Shown in pieces: positions 1 through 12,040 of a DNA stretch of 64,000 nt. The number at the start of each line of letters is the position of its first letter. Within the stretch, counting starts at the first letter, position 1. A program made the position numbers and the translations under genes. This DNA comes from Isurus oxyrinchus (lineage: Eukaryota): assembly GCA_026770705.1 (NCBI GenBank), contig JANJGN010000052.1:3596001-3660000 (forward strand), given 5' to 3'. Under the pieces are notes generated by a model. It was not told the origin of the DNA and made no database searches. It worked only from the letters and a program-made list of their open reading frames with translations.

Positions 1-425
1 TGCTGCACAGTCGGAGGGTCAGTACTGAGGGGGTGCTGCACTGTTGAAGGCGCTGTCTTTCAGATGAGATGTTAAACTGAGACAACATCTGCCCTCTCAG
101 ATGGATGTAGAGGATTCCATGGCCACAATTTAGATGAAGTGCGTCAGGAGTTGGGGGGTATGTGTGGAGGGGGTGATGGGGGGTGGATGGGTGGAGTTAT
201 GTCTGCTTTCCTGGGGCAAACATTTATCCCTCAACTGACATTGGTAAAAAACTGAAAATTGGGGCCATTATCACATTTCTGTTTGTGGGATCTTGCTGTG
301 CGTGAATTGCCTGCTGCGTTTCCTACATTACAGCGGTGAGCTCACTTCAGAAAAAGTCCTTCCTTCAGCTGTGGAACACTTTGGGCCATCCTGAGGAGGG
401 GAAAGGCGCTATAGAAATGCGCCAT
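1..425 (+). mobile_element. Deu-domain SINE (SacSINE1/AmnSINE1-like), 5'-truncated
   Basis: Matches the recalled DeuSINE core (cagtactgagggagtgctgcactg...gtctttcagatgag...atcacatt..tgtttgtgggatcttgctgtgcg..tttcctacattaca...gaaaggcgctatagaaatgc). Confidence 0.7.
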
Positions 426-509
426 CCTCCTTCCAATGACGCGCCTGATTGAAATGATGCCTTCTTTCTTTCCGGAATGTTCTCACCTATTGTGCTCCTG
501 CTTTTCCAG

Positions 510-626
510 GGCTCCTTGCTGCAGCGCCAGAAGAGAATGGGCAGACAGCAGCTCTGCAGATTCTGCTGTAACTGCTGTAATTGGAGAGAACCAAATGAGA
601 CTTGTGGTCTCTGCTGTAGATATTAG
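510..626 (+). CDS. HAMP: Hepcidin, terminal coding exon (end of propeptide + mature peptide); upstream exons lie outside the window
   Basis: Acceptor cttttccag at 501-509, then phase-0 frame GSLLQRQKR|MGRQQLCRFCCNCCNWREPNETCGLCCRY* (TAG 624-626). Furin site RQKR followed by the 8-Cys hepcidin pattern C-x2-CC-x-CC-xn-C-x2-CC. Confidence 0.9.
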   Translation, partial: GSLLQRQKRMGRQQLCRFCCNCCNWREPNETCGLCCRY

Positions 627-924
627 ACCCTGGCCTCATTCACGCAAGGTCATCCTGCACCATGCCACAGCCTCTCCCCTCCTTATCTACTGCTTAGCAA
701 TCTATTTCACACAGGCCCTGTTCATTAATTCCAGCTGAAACTTTACCTGCGTTTTACAGCAGGGAAAGAAGCCATTTGGCCCATCTGCTCCATGCTGGTG
801 TTTCTGCTCCACACGAGTCTCCGCCCACCCCTTCTCCATCTCACCCCATCACCATATCCTTCTATTCATTTCTCCCTCGTGTGTTTATCCAGCTTCCCCT
901 TAAATACATCGACACTATTCACCT

Positions 925-1073
925 CACGTGACTGTGTTTGTGTCTGTCTTTATGAGCGTGTGTGTGTGACTGTCAATATGTGTGTGTTAATGTGAATGTG
1001 TGTGATTGTGTCAGCGTGTGTGTGTGTATGTGTGACTGTCAGTGCGTGTCAATGTGAATGTGTGTGATTGTGT

Positions 1074-1111
<38 letters not shown>

Positions 1112-1262
1112 CTGTGTCAGTGTGTGTCAATGTGAATGAGTGAGTGTGTCAGTGTGTCTGTGTGGGTGTGTGTGACTGTGTCAGTGTGTGTCAATGTGAA
1201 TGAGTGAGTGTGTCAGTGTGTCTGTGTGGGTGTGGTTGTGTGAGTGTGCAAGTGAATGTGTG
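925..1262. repeat. Degenerate (TG)n microsatellite
   Basis: TG-rich low-complexity tract. Confidence 0.9.
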
Positions 1263-3099
1263 AGGAATCTTATGACTAAGTCATTTGAATGGATGTTACT
1301 GGGGTTAATGATAGTTAAAATTCAGAGAGATGTAAAGCGGGCTCCTGATTTTGCTGCTTTATGCTCCCGGGCACAGATTGACCCCGACAATGTGTTCATG
1401 ATTCACCATCATCTTGTCGGGACTTTAATTGTAAAGATTATGATTTGTGAAAAAAAATGAATAAACAACTTTTGTCTTCACAAAGTGTCTGGCTTGGTAT
1501 TTCAGGCTACTTGTCTCTCCCTCACCCTCCCCCCCCACCATGCCCCCCACACCAGGGAACAATTGTCCCCCCTTCCTCTGAAGTTCTGGGTAAAGATCAG
1601 CTTTATTCAATGCAAGCTGTTCCGACATCGAGAACGTTGTTACAAATATCTCACAAAGGGCACACGCCATGATAGCCCACTTTCAACAGATTTTACCAGT
1701 TGACCAGGTTGAAAACCTTTTCATAAACCACAACGTAGGTGTTCAATTCTTGCTGCTGTTTGCTTAATGTTCTCATAACTGCTATAACCTCTCTAGTTCC
1801 ACTACATAACAACACCAACATAAATAAACAGAAGCAGGAGTAGGCCTTTTGGCCTCCCAAGCCAGCTTGTCCATTTAATTTGAACCTGGCTCCTGCTGAA
1901 AGTTATTTAAGTTGAAGCGATAAAGCCATCAGGTGCAGGGATTAAAATGTAAGCAAAGGAAAAATAATACTTAGACATGAGATTTAAAATCAGTTTCTGT
2001 GAAGAATCATACTGAGGCCATTGCACTGGATTCCTTCTTTCCAGAGTGAAGGGTTTAAAACTAGGAGTCACATTCAGCAGCTGCGTTGTCTTCTCTAGTT
2101 GACTATTTGGAGGTTGCCTATAGATGTGAATCAGCAGGTCAGCAGCTTTGGGGAGTGAGTGAAGGTCCCTTTTATTTACAGGATCTGCCACAGGGTGTGC
2201 AGGAATATTCCTGCTGAATTCTCCATCCTTGCATTCATGAAGGGTTTGAAACTGGAAGTCATATTCAGCAGCTGCAATGGCCTCTGTAGCCAACTGTCTG
2301 GAGGTTGCCTGTACATGTGGACTCAGCAGGTCAACAGCTTTGTAGGGTGGGGGGGGGTGCACGGGTAGTAAAGGTCCCTTTACTTTAAAGGCTCTGCCAG
2401 TGCAACACTTGATGATCCTGGGTCAAAATCATGTATCACCCTCCCCAACAGCACTGTGGATGTGCCCTATGGAGGTTCCTTGGCTTCGACAAGCAGCCTA
2501 CCAGCTCTGCTCTCAATTCCTCTTCGCACTTGCTTCCTTCCTCCTCTGGTCTTTACTTTGTTATAGTGTTAGTGTCCGCTCTGCCTTTTTTGTAGCTTTC
2601 CCAATTCTTCCCACCAACTCTCTCTGGCTTGATCCTTCTCTGTGCTCATCTCATTGGTTTGGGTTTCTATCCGTTCATTGACCTGGTGTAATCTGAAACT
2701 GGTGCAATCAGGTAGGGGTGGGGGGGTTGGCGCTGGCCGTGGGTGGTGATACACGGCTACCTTTTTACCAAAATTGTTTCACGGGATGTGGACAGCGTTT
2801 GTTACCTGTTCCTGACTGACCCCTTGAGAAGGGGGTGCTGAGCTGCCTTTTCGAAGTGCTGCAGTTCACCTGGTTTGACTGGTCTGTGGCGGGTTTTGAT
2901 ATAACTCAGTGGCTTGCTCGGCCATTTCAGGGGCCAGTTAAGAGTCAACCACATTGCTGTGGGTCAGGAGTCACACGTAGGCCAGAATGGGTAAGGACGG
3001 CAGGTTTCCTTCCCCAAAGGGCATTAGTGACCCAGATGGGTTTTTGCAACAATTGGCCTTAGTTTCATGGTCACCATTACTGAGACTAGCTTCGCATTC

Positions 3100-5060
3100 C
3101 AGATGTCACATCCAGTCGTGGACAATTAAACAACTCACTGGAGGAGGAGGCTCCACAAATATCCCCATCCTCAATGATGGAGGAGCCCAGCACATCGGTG
3201 CAAAAGACAAGACTGAAGCATGCGCAACAATCTTCAGCCAGAAGTGCTGAGTGGGTGATCCATCTCGGTCTCCTCCGGAGGTCCCCAGCATCACAGATGC
3301 CAATCTTTAGCCAATTCGATTAATTCCACGTGATATCAAGAAAGGGCTGAAGGCACTGGATATTGTAAATGCTCCAGGCCCTGAAAATATTCTGGCAATA
3401 GTACTGAAGACTTGTGCTCCAGAACTTGCTGCACCCCTAGCCAAGCTTTTCTGGAATTTTCTAGTACAGCTGCAACACTGGCAACTACCCGGCTATGGGG
3501 TACGTCCTGTACACAAAAAGCAGGACAAATCCAACCCAGCCAATTCCCCAGCAGTCTATTCTTGATCATTACTAAAGTGATTGAAGGGGTCATCAACAGC
3601 GCTTGCAAGCAGCACCTGCTTAGCAAGAATCTGCTCACTGACGCTCAGTTTGTGTTCCACCAGGATCATTCAGCTCCTGGCCTCATTACAGCCTTGGTTC
3701 AAACATGCATAAATGAGCTGAACTCCAGAGGTGAGAGTGACTGTCCTTGACATCAAGGCAGCATTTGACTGAGTGTGGCAAATCAAGGAGCCCGAGCAAA
3801 ACTGGAGTCAATGGGAATCGGGGGAAAACTCTCCGCTGCTTGGAGTCATACCCAGCACAAAGGACGATGGTTGTGATTATTGGGGGTCAATCATCTCAGT
3901 TCCAGGACATCACTGCAGGAGTTACTCAGGGTAGTGTCCTAGGCTCAAACATCTTCAACTGCTTCATCAATGACCTTCCTTCCATCATAAGGTCAGAAGT
4001 GGGGATGTTTGCTGATGTTTGCACAATGTTCAGCACCATTCACAGCTTCTCAGATACTGAAGCAAGTTATGTCCATTTGCAGCAAGACCTGGACAACATC
4101 CAGGCTTGGGCTGACAGGTGACAAGTAACATTCATGCCACACAAGTACCAGGCAATGACCAGCTCCAACAAGAAAGAATCTAATTGAAGGTGCAGAAAAT
4201 TTGGATTTATGTTCAAGAGCCAGCCAGGACCAGCAGCTAGGGCGCCAAAGCGTACACATCCTTACGTGAAAACTTAAAAACCTGTACTAAGGGCTCAGTT
4301 GGAAATTTGCAATGAGGAAATGGGAGACACACACACAAGGACACTGGGTGACTCAATCAAGAAATGGGGAAGGTTATTTCACACCGTCCGATGGCCTTGA
4401 ACCACATCCAGTCAGCCCCCGGAAACCTTTTGTATTGAACAAACATAGATTCTTTGCTGTCTCAAAAGGACAATAGCCAGTCTCTGCCCTGTAATTACTG
4501 TACAAGAACACAATTATCAGCCCACCGGAGGATCATTGTGCTGTGGCCTTTGTCTAACTAATACCATTACCTTGTAACTGAGAGTAAAAATATATAAACT
4601 GTGCTCATTTGAACCTCGGTGGAGAAGCGCCTGGACTGCCCAGCGTTTGCTCCCCACATGCGTAATAAAGGAACCACTTGAATATTGCATCTGGAGTCCG
4701 AGTGTTGAAATTTTGTACCAGAATATCCCACAGACCATTCATAACCATCGCCCCTTGACATTCAATGGCATTACCATCAATGAATCCCCCAATATCAACA
4801 TCCTGGGAGTTACCATTGAGCAGAAACTGAACTGGACCAGCCATATAAACACTATGGCTGCAAGAGCAGGTCAGAGGCTGGGAACCCTGCAGACAGTAAC
4901 TCACCTCCTGACTCCCCAAAGCCTGTCCACCATCTACAACGCACAAGTCAGGAGTGTGATGGAATACTCTCCACATGCCTGGATGAGCACAGCTCCAACA
5001 ACACTCAAGAAGCTCGACACCATCCAGGACAAAGCAGCCCGATTGATTGGCTCCCCTTCC
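3100..5060 (+). mobile_element. Degraded CR1-type LINE, reverse transcriptase region, interrupted by a solo LTR
   Basis: ORF fragments TAGVTQGSVLG..FNCFINDLP..MFAD, LQQDLDNIQAWAD, ILGVTIEQKLNW, YNAQVRSVMEY, with stops and frameshifts. Confidence 0.85.
4185..4741 (+). mobile_element. Solo LTR inserted in LINE
   Basis: TGAA...TTCA termini and near-TSD taat/taac, splitting LINE sequence gaatctaa|ccatcgcc; internal TATATAA (~4591) and AATAAA (~4664). Confidence 0.65.
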
Positions 5061-6554
5061 ACAGAGCTAGATAGATTCTTGATTAACAAGGGGGTGAAAG
5101 GTCATTGGGGGTAGGCAGGAATGTGAGGTTGAGGTGACAATCAGATCAGCCATGATCTTACTGAATGGCAGAGCAGGTTCGAGGGACTGAGTGACCTACT
5201 CCTGATCCTAACTCAGATATCCAGATGTTCTCAAAGGCAATTGGGGATGGGCAACAAATACTGGCCTAGCCAGCGACACCAACATCCCTGAAATGAATAA
5301 GAAAAAAATGTATCAATCAATTAAATTTATTGATTAATCGAACTGAAATTCCTCCAGCTGCCGTGGTGGGATTTGAACCCATGCCTTCAAAGCATTCACC
5401 TGGGCCTCTGGATCACTGGCCTAGATCCATTCCCATTGTGCGACTGTCTGCTATCATCATGGCTCTTTCACATCGATGTGGAAGTCCTGATAACAGAAGC
5501 ATTGGACGAGGTACAGTAAGGTGACAAATCAGGAGCTCCATTGCTCAATATGAACGGATAATAAAGATAAATGAACATAAACCTTCCAGTTGCTAATTAG
5601 GGAGTCACTGTGGAGCCCATGAGTCCCTCGCAGCGCTATTGCAACCTTCTGGATCCCCAGTAGGGGACTCGGGGTGCAGCTGTGTCTTCCTCATCATTTG
5701 GAAAAGCCGGAATTGTTCGGGTGCCCCTTCAAACAGGCCAAAGATGCAGTGGGTGATGTCTCCCACAGGCCCTGGGAGACCTCCCCTGCCAATTTGTTTT
5801 GTAGCTTATTCTTCAACTGCGACATTGGATCAGCTTGAAAAAGGGTGAGGCTGAGGCAATACCACCAGGTAAGCGTCTATCCCCTCACACGTCACCCCCC
5901 GACCCCCGTAACCGTCACAGTCCCTCCCATCGTGCTGGAGGAGCATAATGTGCACATTCCCCTCCTTCCAATCAGTCTCCTCCCTTCCTCTCTAATCCTT
6001 GATCTTATTGTGTTCGGGGTTGACATCCCAGTCCTCCTCCCTAGACTGTCTGATGTTGACATCCCAATGCCCCATGTAGACCTGACCTCTCTCCAACTAG
6101 AGGCCCATTGTACTGTGACTTACAGAGACCACCGGCCCCCCTCGATTCCCACCCCCACCCCTACCCTCTATATTACCTGCTCCCCACTGACAGGCTGCAG
6201 ATGCCTCCCCTGACTGGGATTGTGCCACCTGCGGCCTAGTATCAAGCCCCCACCCCCAGGACCGACGTGTGTGAGGGACTGACCACGTCCTGCACACCAT
6301 GCTGGGCACCACCAACCCAGGACTGCCAGGCTCTCCCCACCACACTGGACTGGGACTAGAATAGGCGTGCCAAGCACAGCTCTCTAAATCGTGGCGCAGA
6401 CCCACAGCACTCGCAATGTTTTGTGGCCCGAATCCTTGCTGAGGAACTGCCCAGCACTAAAATCAAAACAACTGCAGATGCTGGAAATCCAAAACAGAAA
6501 CAGAAACAGAAATACCTGGAAAAACTCAGCAGGTCTGGCAGCATCGGCGGAGAA

Positions 6555-7338
6555 GAACTGAGGGAGAGCTGCACTGTCAGAGGTTCAGTACTGAGGGAGT
6601 GCTGCACTGTCGGAGGGTCTGAACTGAGGGAGAGCTGCACTGTCGGAGGGCTTGAACTGAGGAAGTGCTGCACTGTCGGATGGTTTGAACTGAGGGAGTG
6701 CTGCACTGTCGCAGGGTCTGAACTGAGGGAGAGCTGCACTGTCGGAGGGTATGAACTGAGGGAGTGCTGCACTGTCGGAGGGTATGAACTGAGGGAGAGC
6801 TGCACTGTCGGAGGGCTTGAACTGAGGAAGTGCTGCACTGTCGGATGGTTTGAACTGAGGGAGTGCTGCACTGTCGCAGGGTCTGAACTGAAGGAGTGCT
6901 GCACTGTCGGAGGGTCTGAACTGAGGGAGTGCTGCACTGTCGGAGGGTCTGAAATGAGGGAGTGCTGCACTGTCAGAGGGTCTGAACTGAGAAAGTGCTG
7001 CACTGTCAGAGGGTCTGAACTGAGAGAGTGCTGCACTGTCAGAGGGTCTGAACTGAGGGAGTGCTGCACTGTCGGAGGGTTTGAACTGAGGGAGTGCTGC
7101 ATTGTTGGAGGGTTTGAACTGAGGGAGTGCTGCACTGTCGGATGGTTTGAACTGAGAGAGTGCTGCACTGTCGGAGGTTCTGAACTGAGGGAGTGCTGCA
7201 CTGTCGGAGGGTTTGAACTGAGGGAGTGCTGCACAGTCAGAGGGTCTGAACTGAGGGAGTGCTGCACTGTCGGAGGGTTTGAACTGAGGGAGTTCTGCAT
7301 TGTCGGAGGGTCTGATCTGAGGGAGTGCTGCACTGTCT
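6555..7338 (+). repeat. 33-bp minisatellite array (variant unit gagggagtgctgcactgtcggagggtctgaact)
   Basis: About 24 tandem 33-bp units; produces spurious repetitive ORFs. Confidence 0.95.
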
Positions 7339-8068
7339 AAAGAACATTGTACAAATTGCACAAAATTTCATCTGATGCCTGTGTCTCATGCTAACATGAA
7401 GTTCATGCACACAACAGGAATATTTCTCGCTGTTTCTCTGCAGCAAGACAGCTTTGGTATCACACCACCCACTGGCAAGAGTGTGCAGTTACAATGTGAC
7501 ATGTTTACATTGGAAATTTCTATTATAAAGATGGACAGAGGAATTCATCTGATTGGAAAACGTGACAACAGGAAGCTATGTCTTTGAGCCAAGTATTTTG
7601 CAGCAAAACAAGAATTTTAATCTTTAAATATCTACAGAACAGGCTGAGCATTTTAATCACTTGAGTTAATCAATGTAATTTTATTCATAAGCCAAATGCT
7701 TCTTACAATCTATCGCAGCATGAAAAAGGTGCAGCATTCAGAAAGCACATTCCAATCAGAGAACAGAGTTTAGCAACGTCACATTTCTGTTCATTCCTAT
7801 TCGATGAACAATTTCAAAAGGAAATTGGACGGAAATTGGAAATAAATTTGCAGGGATACGGGGATAGAGCAGGGGATGGGACTGAGTGGATTGCTTTACA
7901 GAGAGACAGCATAGACTCAATGGGCCAAATGTCCTCCTCCATTGCTGGAATGACTCGATGATACGGAGACGATTATAACCAGGACACTGACCAGTTTCAT
8001 TACAACTTAACACAACATCACACGTTATTTGTCCGCACTGACTGACCAGATTGTTGCTGTACAAAGCT

Positions 8069-8208
8069 TCAAACAGTCTGTCGACTTCCTTTCACTGTTT
8101 GTCTCTCCCAGACACAGACTCCAGCGATAGTGATAACCACAGCCACAAGGAATATCACAGCTCGTATTCCCAGGATCAGGATCACGTGCAGAATCTCTCC
8201 TCCACTGT
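8069..8208 (-). CDS. Siglec gene C terminal exon: transmembrane segment with Arg + short cytoplasmic tail (activating type)
   Basis: Minus-strand acceptor tttctttctgtgtgttctctag, phase-1 start compatible with the upstream Ig exons. Encodes (D)SGGEILHVILILGIRAVIFLVAVVITIAGVCVWERQTVKGSRQTV*; Arg codon at 8164-8162; no Tyr motif. Confidence 0.8.
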
Positions 8209-9322
8209 CTAGAGAACACACAGAAAGAAATCATCACTGACTCTCCGCTTTCAATCTCTCACTCTGGCTGAACAATCAAGCTTCATATCACTGCAACATT
8301 TGCTGTAATATTGACCCATCCACTGGGATTCAATGTGGAATGAATGTTTTCACTGTAAACACTCTAAGAGTGGACAATCGGAACTTTCCCCTTAGCGTGG
8401 AACATTGGTGAGAATGGATCATTGTGCTGTTGGACTCCCTGTCCAATGTTTCTCTCTATTGCTGTGTACAGGATTGTGCTGTAGAAAATTCTGGAAACGT
8501 TTAGTGCCGGGTGAAAATCCATCTCGGACGTGTGTGCAAATCGGGCAGGATCGGGATGGACTCCCCCACGGACTTACACCCCCCGCTTAATAAACAGTTC
8601 CAATCTTTACCCAGAGAGAGGGGAGAATATGGAACTCGCTCCCACAGGGAATGGTTGAGGTGAATAGTAGGAAATTAGGAAGTGAAATTGCTTGAAAAGC
8701 TTGGAGATGCAAGGGTTAAGTGTTACCGTGCTACCACTGGTGGGAGAGTGTAACTACAGCGTGACGTTTACATAGGCAATCCCCATTATGAACATGGACA
8801 TCATGTGAAAAATGGGCACTGGAAAGCTGAGAACTTGATGTAAGCTTTTCAGCAACAGGAATTCCCTTCCTAAACCTCTCCACTTCCCTCTTATTCTCAG
8901 ATACTCAAACAAAATTTCACACAAAATCACGTAAGGAGGAATTGGGACTGGTGACTGGTCAAAGAGTTAGATTTCAGGAAGGTTCTTAAAGTAGGATAGA
9001 GAGTTGGAGAGGCAGAGAGTATCTGTGAGTATCTCTGTGCATCTGAGTGTCTGTAATAGACTTTGCAATTTCCATATTCTTCCATAAATATGAAAGGGAA
9101 CACAAATCCCAGAATCCAGGTCAACTCTCCGGTGCAGCACTGAGGGAGGTCAGGTAATCCACAGGGCAGTATGTGATAGTGTGTTTGTTTGTGAGTGTGT
9201 CTTTGTGTGTGCTCATAGATGTGGGATTGTGTGTCTGCAGGTGTCTATTTAAGGCTGGATATTTATGTGTGTTTTTGTAGTGTTTCAATCTGAGAGAGAT
9301 GTTGAAGTTTATCTTAACTAAC

Positions 9323-9474
9323 GTTCCACAGTGATGGTTATGAACCCCTCCACTGCTCCATGTTCATTCTCTGAGCACACTGATAGTCTCCAGTGTCCCT
9401 GGATGTAACGTGAGGAATCACCAACCACAGCTCATTGTTGGAACTTGTTCTGTTCATTGTGATATTCAGATGTC
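9323..9474 (-). pseudogene. Degenerate 3' half of a C2-set repeat exon in gene C
   Basis: Homologous to the 282-nt exons of gene A (MNRTSSNNELWLVIPHVTSRDTGDYQC) but 5'-truncated, with a 1-nt deletion after the Cys codon; donor GTTAGT retained. Confidence 0.8.
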
Positions 9475-9796
9475 AGGACCGGACTCAACAAGACAGATTG
9501 CAGGTTTACCAACAGAAAGTGAACAACAATTTATATTTAAAGGGAAGAGAGTGCTGGTTAATCAGCAAGTGGTCTCTGATTGGAGGAGGTGTTGCCATGG
9601 AAAATAATGTGTGTGAGATGTAAAGTTTAGACAGCTTGTCTCTTCATTCAGCAACAATCAAATAAAGATCAGTTAACTTCTATCGACTGTGAAGCACTTT
9701 GAGAGGCAGAGAATGTGGACACTGAGAACGGGCTGCACTGTCAGAGGGTCAGCGCTGAGGGAGTGCTGATGTAGAATGAAGGGTGTCTGTACTTAC

Positions 9797-10093
9797 CTTG
9801 CACAGTTAGTACGAGGGTCCGCTCCGATGCAACAGATGGATATCTCACTCTGCAGCTGAGAGTGTGTCCGTGGTGTTTGAGTGATGGGATCAGGGTCAGA
9901 ACAGAAGTATAGGTCAGAGTGACACCATGCTGAGTTACAGTGTTTGAGACTGATCCAGGTACGTCAGTGGGAGTGTCCCAGGTTAAGACAGGTGCTGCTG
10001 TTCCATTGCACGTTGTGTTGAAGGTGCAGCTTACATCCACAGGCTTTCCTGCAATAATTTCAGCAGGGAATATCGTGGGTTTATCTGTGAAAT
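9797..10093 (-). CDS. Siglec gene C domain-2 C2-set exon
   Basis: 297 nt, AG/GT, phase 1-1; DFTDKPTIFPAEIIAGKPVDVSCTFNTTCNG...HHGHTLSCRVRY..TVQ, nearly identical to the gene A and B exons. Confidence 0.9.
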
Positions 10094-10379
10094 CTAACAG
10101 ACAGAGAATGGATCCTTTTAGAGAAATATAATGTGAAGCATCAGTTCAAATAGAAATCACAGTCCCACAAGAAAAAGCACTTTTACAAGGATGATATCAG
10201 ATCTGAGAGGTTACAATGATTAGGAGAGAATTTCCTGCTTTGAGACTTTGGTGTTTCTGTCTCTCAGCTTAATACACGTTCACTCCGAGACACTTGAACT
10301 GATAATAGTGGGTGAGGGTGGTGGAGCAGACCAGAGTTTGGAGTGCACTAACCCATCAGTCCCTCAGCGATCTGGGCCA

Positions 10380-10545
10380 TTTTTTACTTTGCAATTTGTG
10401 GGAGCTTGCTGTGCGCAAATTGGCTGCTGTGTTTCTCACATTACAACAGTAACTACAATTCAGGAATCAGCTCATTGGCTGTGAAGTGATTTGGTCCATG
10501 CTGAGGTGGTGAAAGGTGCTACAGAAATGTGAATCTTTCTTCTGT
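10380..10545 (+). mobile_element. Deu-SINE 3' fragment
   Basis: tttgtgggagcttgctgtgcgcaaattggctgc...gaaaggtgctacagaaatg. Confidence 0.6.
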
Positions 10546-10821
10546 CGCTAAGTCAGACTTTGAGACAGGATTAGAGAGATCGATAGGAGTGGATAACCTG
10601 ATAACATTGATGGACACAGTCAATACATTTAATCATTGATATTAAAGTGAGTATTAGAGGTTGCTTTAGGAGTGAATTGGAAGCGATCACCAGGTTATTG
10701 AGAATCAGACAGTGTGTTATAATAAGCTGTGTTTTGTGTTAATACGTAAACGTCACAGTTTGTGTTATTTCCCATTGAGTGTTGAATGTGAATTGTTGAG
10801 TAATTATAACACAGCACTTAC

Positions 10822-11187
10822 CAGAAACGTGAACCTGGGTTACAGGGTAATAGTTATGGCTCGGACCATTGTCAAATTCTATTCTGAAAAAATAAGGTCC
10901 CGCATCTTCCCGTCTGATGTTGTTTATAATCAGGGAACAGTCGCCATCTTTCAGGTCTCCAGACAGCCGGGTCCGATGGTGGAACCGTGGTAACTCGTGA
11001 CTGTGATCCTTGGAGTGAAAGGCTATAGACGATGTTCTCCATTCCTCATTATTAAACCAGACTCCACCTCGCGGTTGGTTTTCCAGACACGATGGATAAC
11101 TGTAATGACATGGAATCTGTACACAGGAACATTCCTGCACTGTCACCTCTCGTGGATTGTCACCTTTCCACTCTTGCGAGGGTTCAG
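10822..11187 (-). CDS. Siglec gene C proximal V-set exon
   Basis: 366 nt, AG/GT, phase 1-1; SCVQIPC, DCSL and EDAGPYFFRIE with the essential Arg. Confidence 0.9.
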
Positions 11188-11239
11188 CTGGGGAGAGAAA
11201 TCTCAATATTTAACTCTGAATGGTTTGTGGATCCACTGA

Positions 11240-12040
11240 ACCCGATATTTACAGATGAGGCTGAATTGGGGGGATGGTCAATACTGAGGAGAATGGCAAC
11301 AAATTATATTGTCAGGAAGAATAGAAAAACAGGATATAATTTAAATGGAGACAGGCTGCAGAATGCAGTACAGAGGGATCTGGGTGTCCTGGTACATGAA
11401 TCACAGAAAGTCAGCATTCAGGAACACCACGGAATGAGGAAGGCAAGTGGAACGTTGGCCTTTATTGCAAAGGGATGGAGTATAAAAGGAGGGAAGTCTT
11501 GCAACAGCTGCACAGGGTGTTAGTGAGATTGTAACAGGATCATTGTGTACAGGCAGTTCAGAGAAGCTTCACTGGGCTGATTCCTGGGATTAAAGGGTTT
11601 GTCCTGTGAGGAAATGTTGAGCAGGTTGGGCCTGTATCCATTGGAGTTTAGAAGAATGAGGGGTGACCTTATTGAAACATATCCGATTCCGAGGGGGCTT
11701 GACAGGGTGGATGCTGGGAGGATGTTTCCCCCTCGTGGGGGAATCTAGAACCAGGGGGCACAGTTTCGGAATGAGGGCTCTCCCATTTAAGACTGAGATG
11801 AGGAGGAATTTCCTCTCTCAGAGGGGCGCTAGCCTGTGGAATTCTCTTCCCCAGAGAGCAGTGGAGGCTGGGCCATTGAATAGACTCAAGGCTGAGTGAG
11901 GCAGGTTTTTGATCGACAAGGGAGTCAAGGGTTTGGGGGACAAGCAGGAAAATGGAGTTAAGGCCGCAACCAGATCAGTGAGAGCAGGCTGGAGGGACCG
12001 AATGGCCTGCTCCTGTCCCTATTTCTTATGTTCCTACATT
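11240..12040 (+). mobile_element. CR1-type LINE 3' fragment
   Basis: QRDLGVLVHES and VGESRTRGHS..MRRNFLSQR..LWNSLPQ motifs plus a 3' tail. Confidence 0.85.

Noticed and set aside
436-738. 100-aa ORF MTRLIEMM...
   Set aside because: Wrong frame; the meaningful product is the hepcidin exon 510-626 in another frame.
2068-2400. Imperfect ~190-bp tandem duplication and 151-aa minus ORF
   Set aside because: No recognisable protein motif or splice structure.
6356-7361. Long ORFs (258-325 aa) of QHSLSSDPPTV / RECCTVGGSEL repeats
   Set aside because: Artefact of a stop-poor 33-bp (11-codon) minisatellite; open in several frames on both strands. The same applies at 16.5, 19.7, 40.8-42.1 and 57-62 kb.
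8025-8237. 70-aa minus-strand ORF MMISFCVFSRQW...
   Set aside because: Alternate frame over the TM exon; the phase-1 frame gives the coherent membrane helix.
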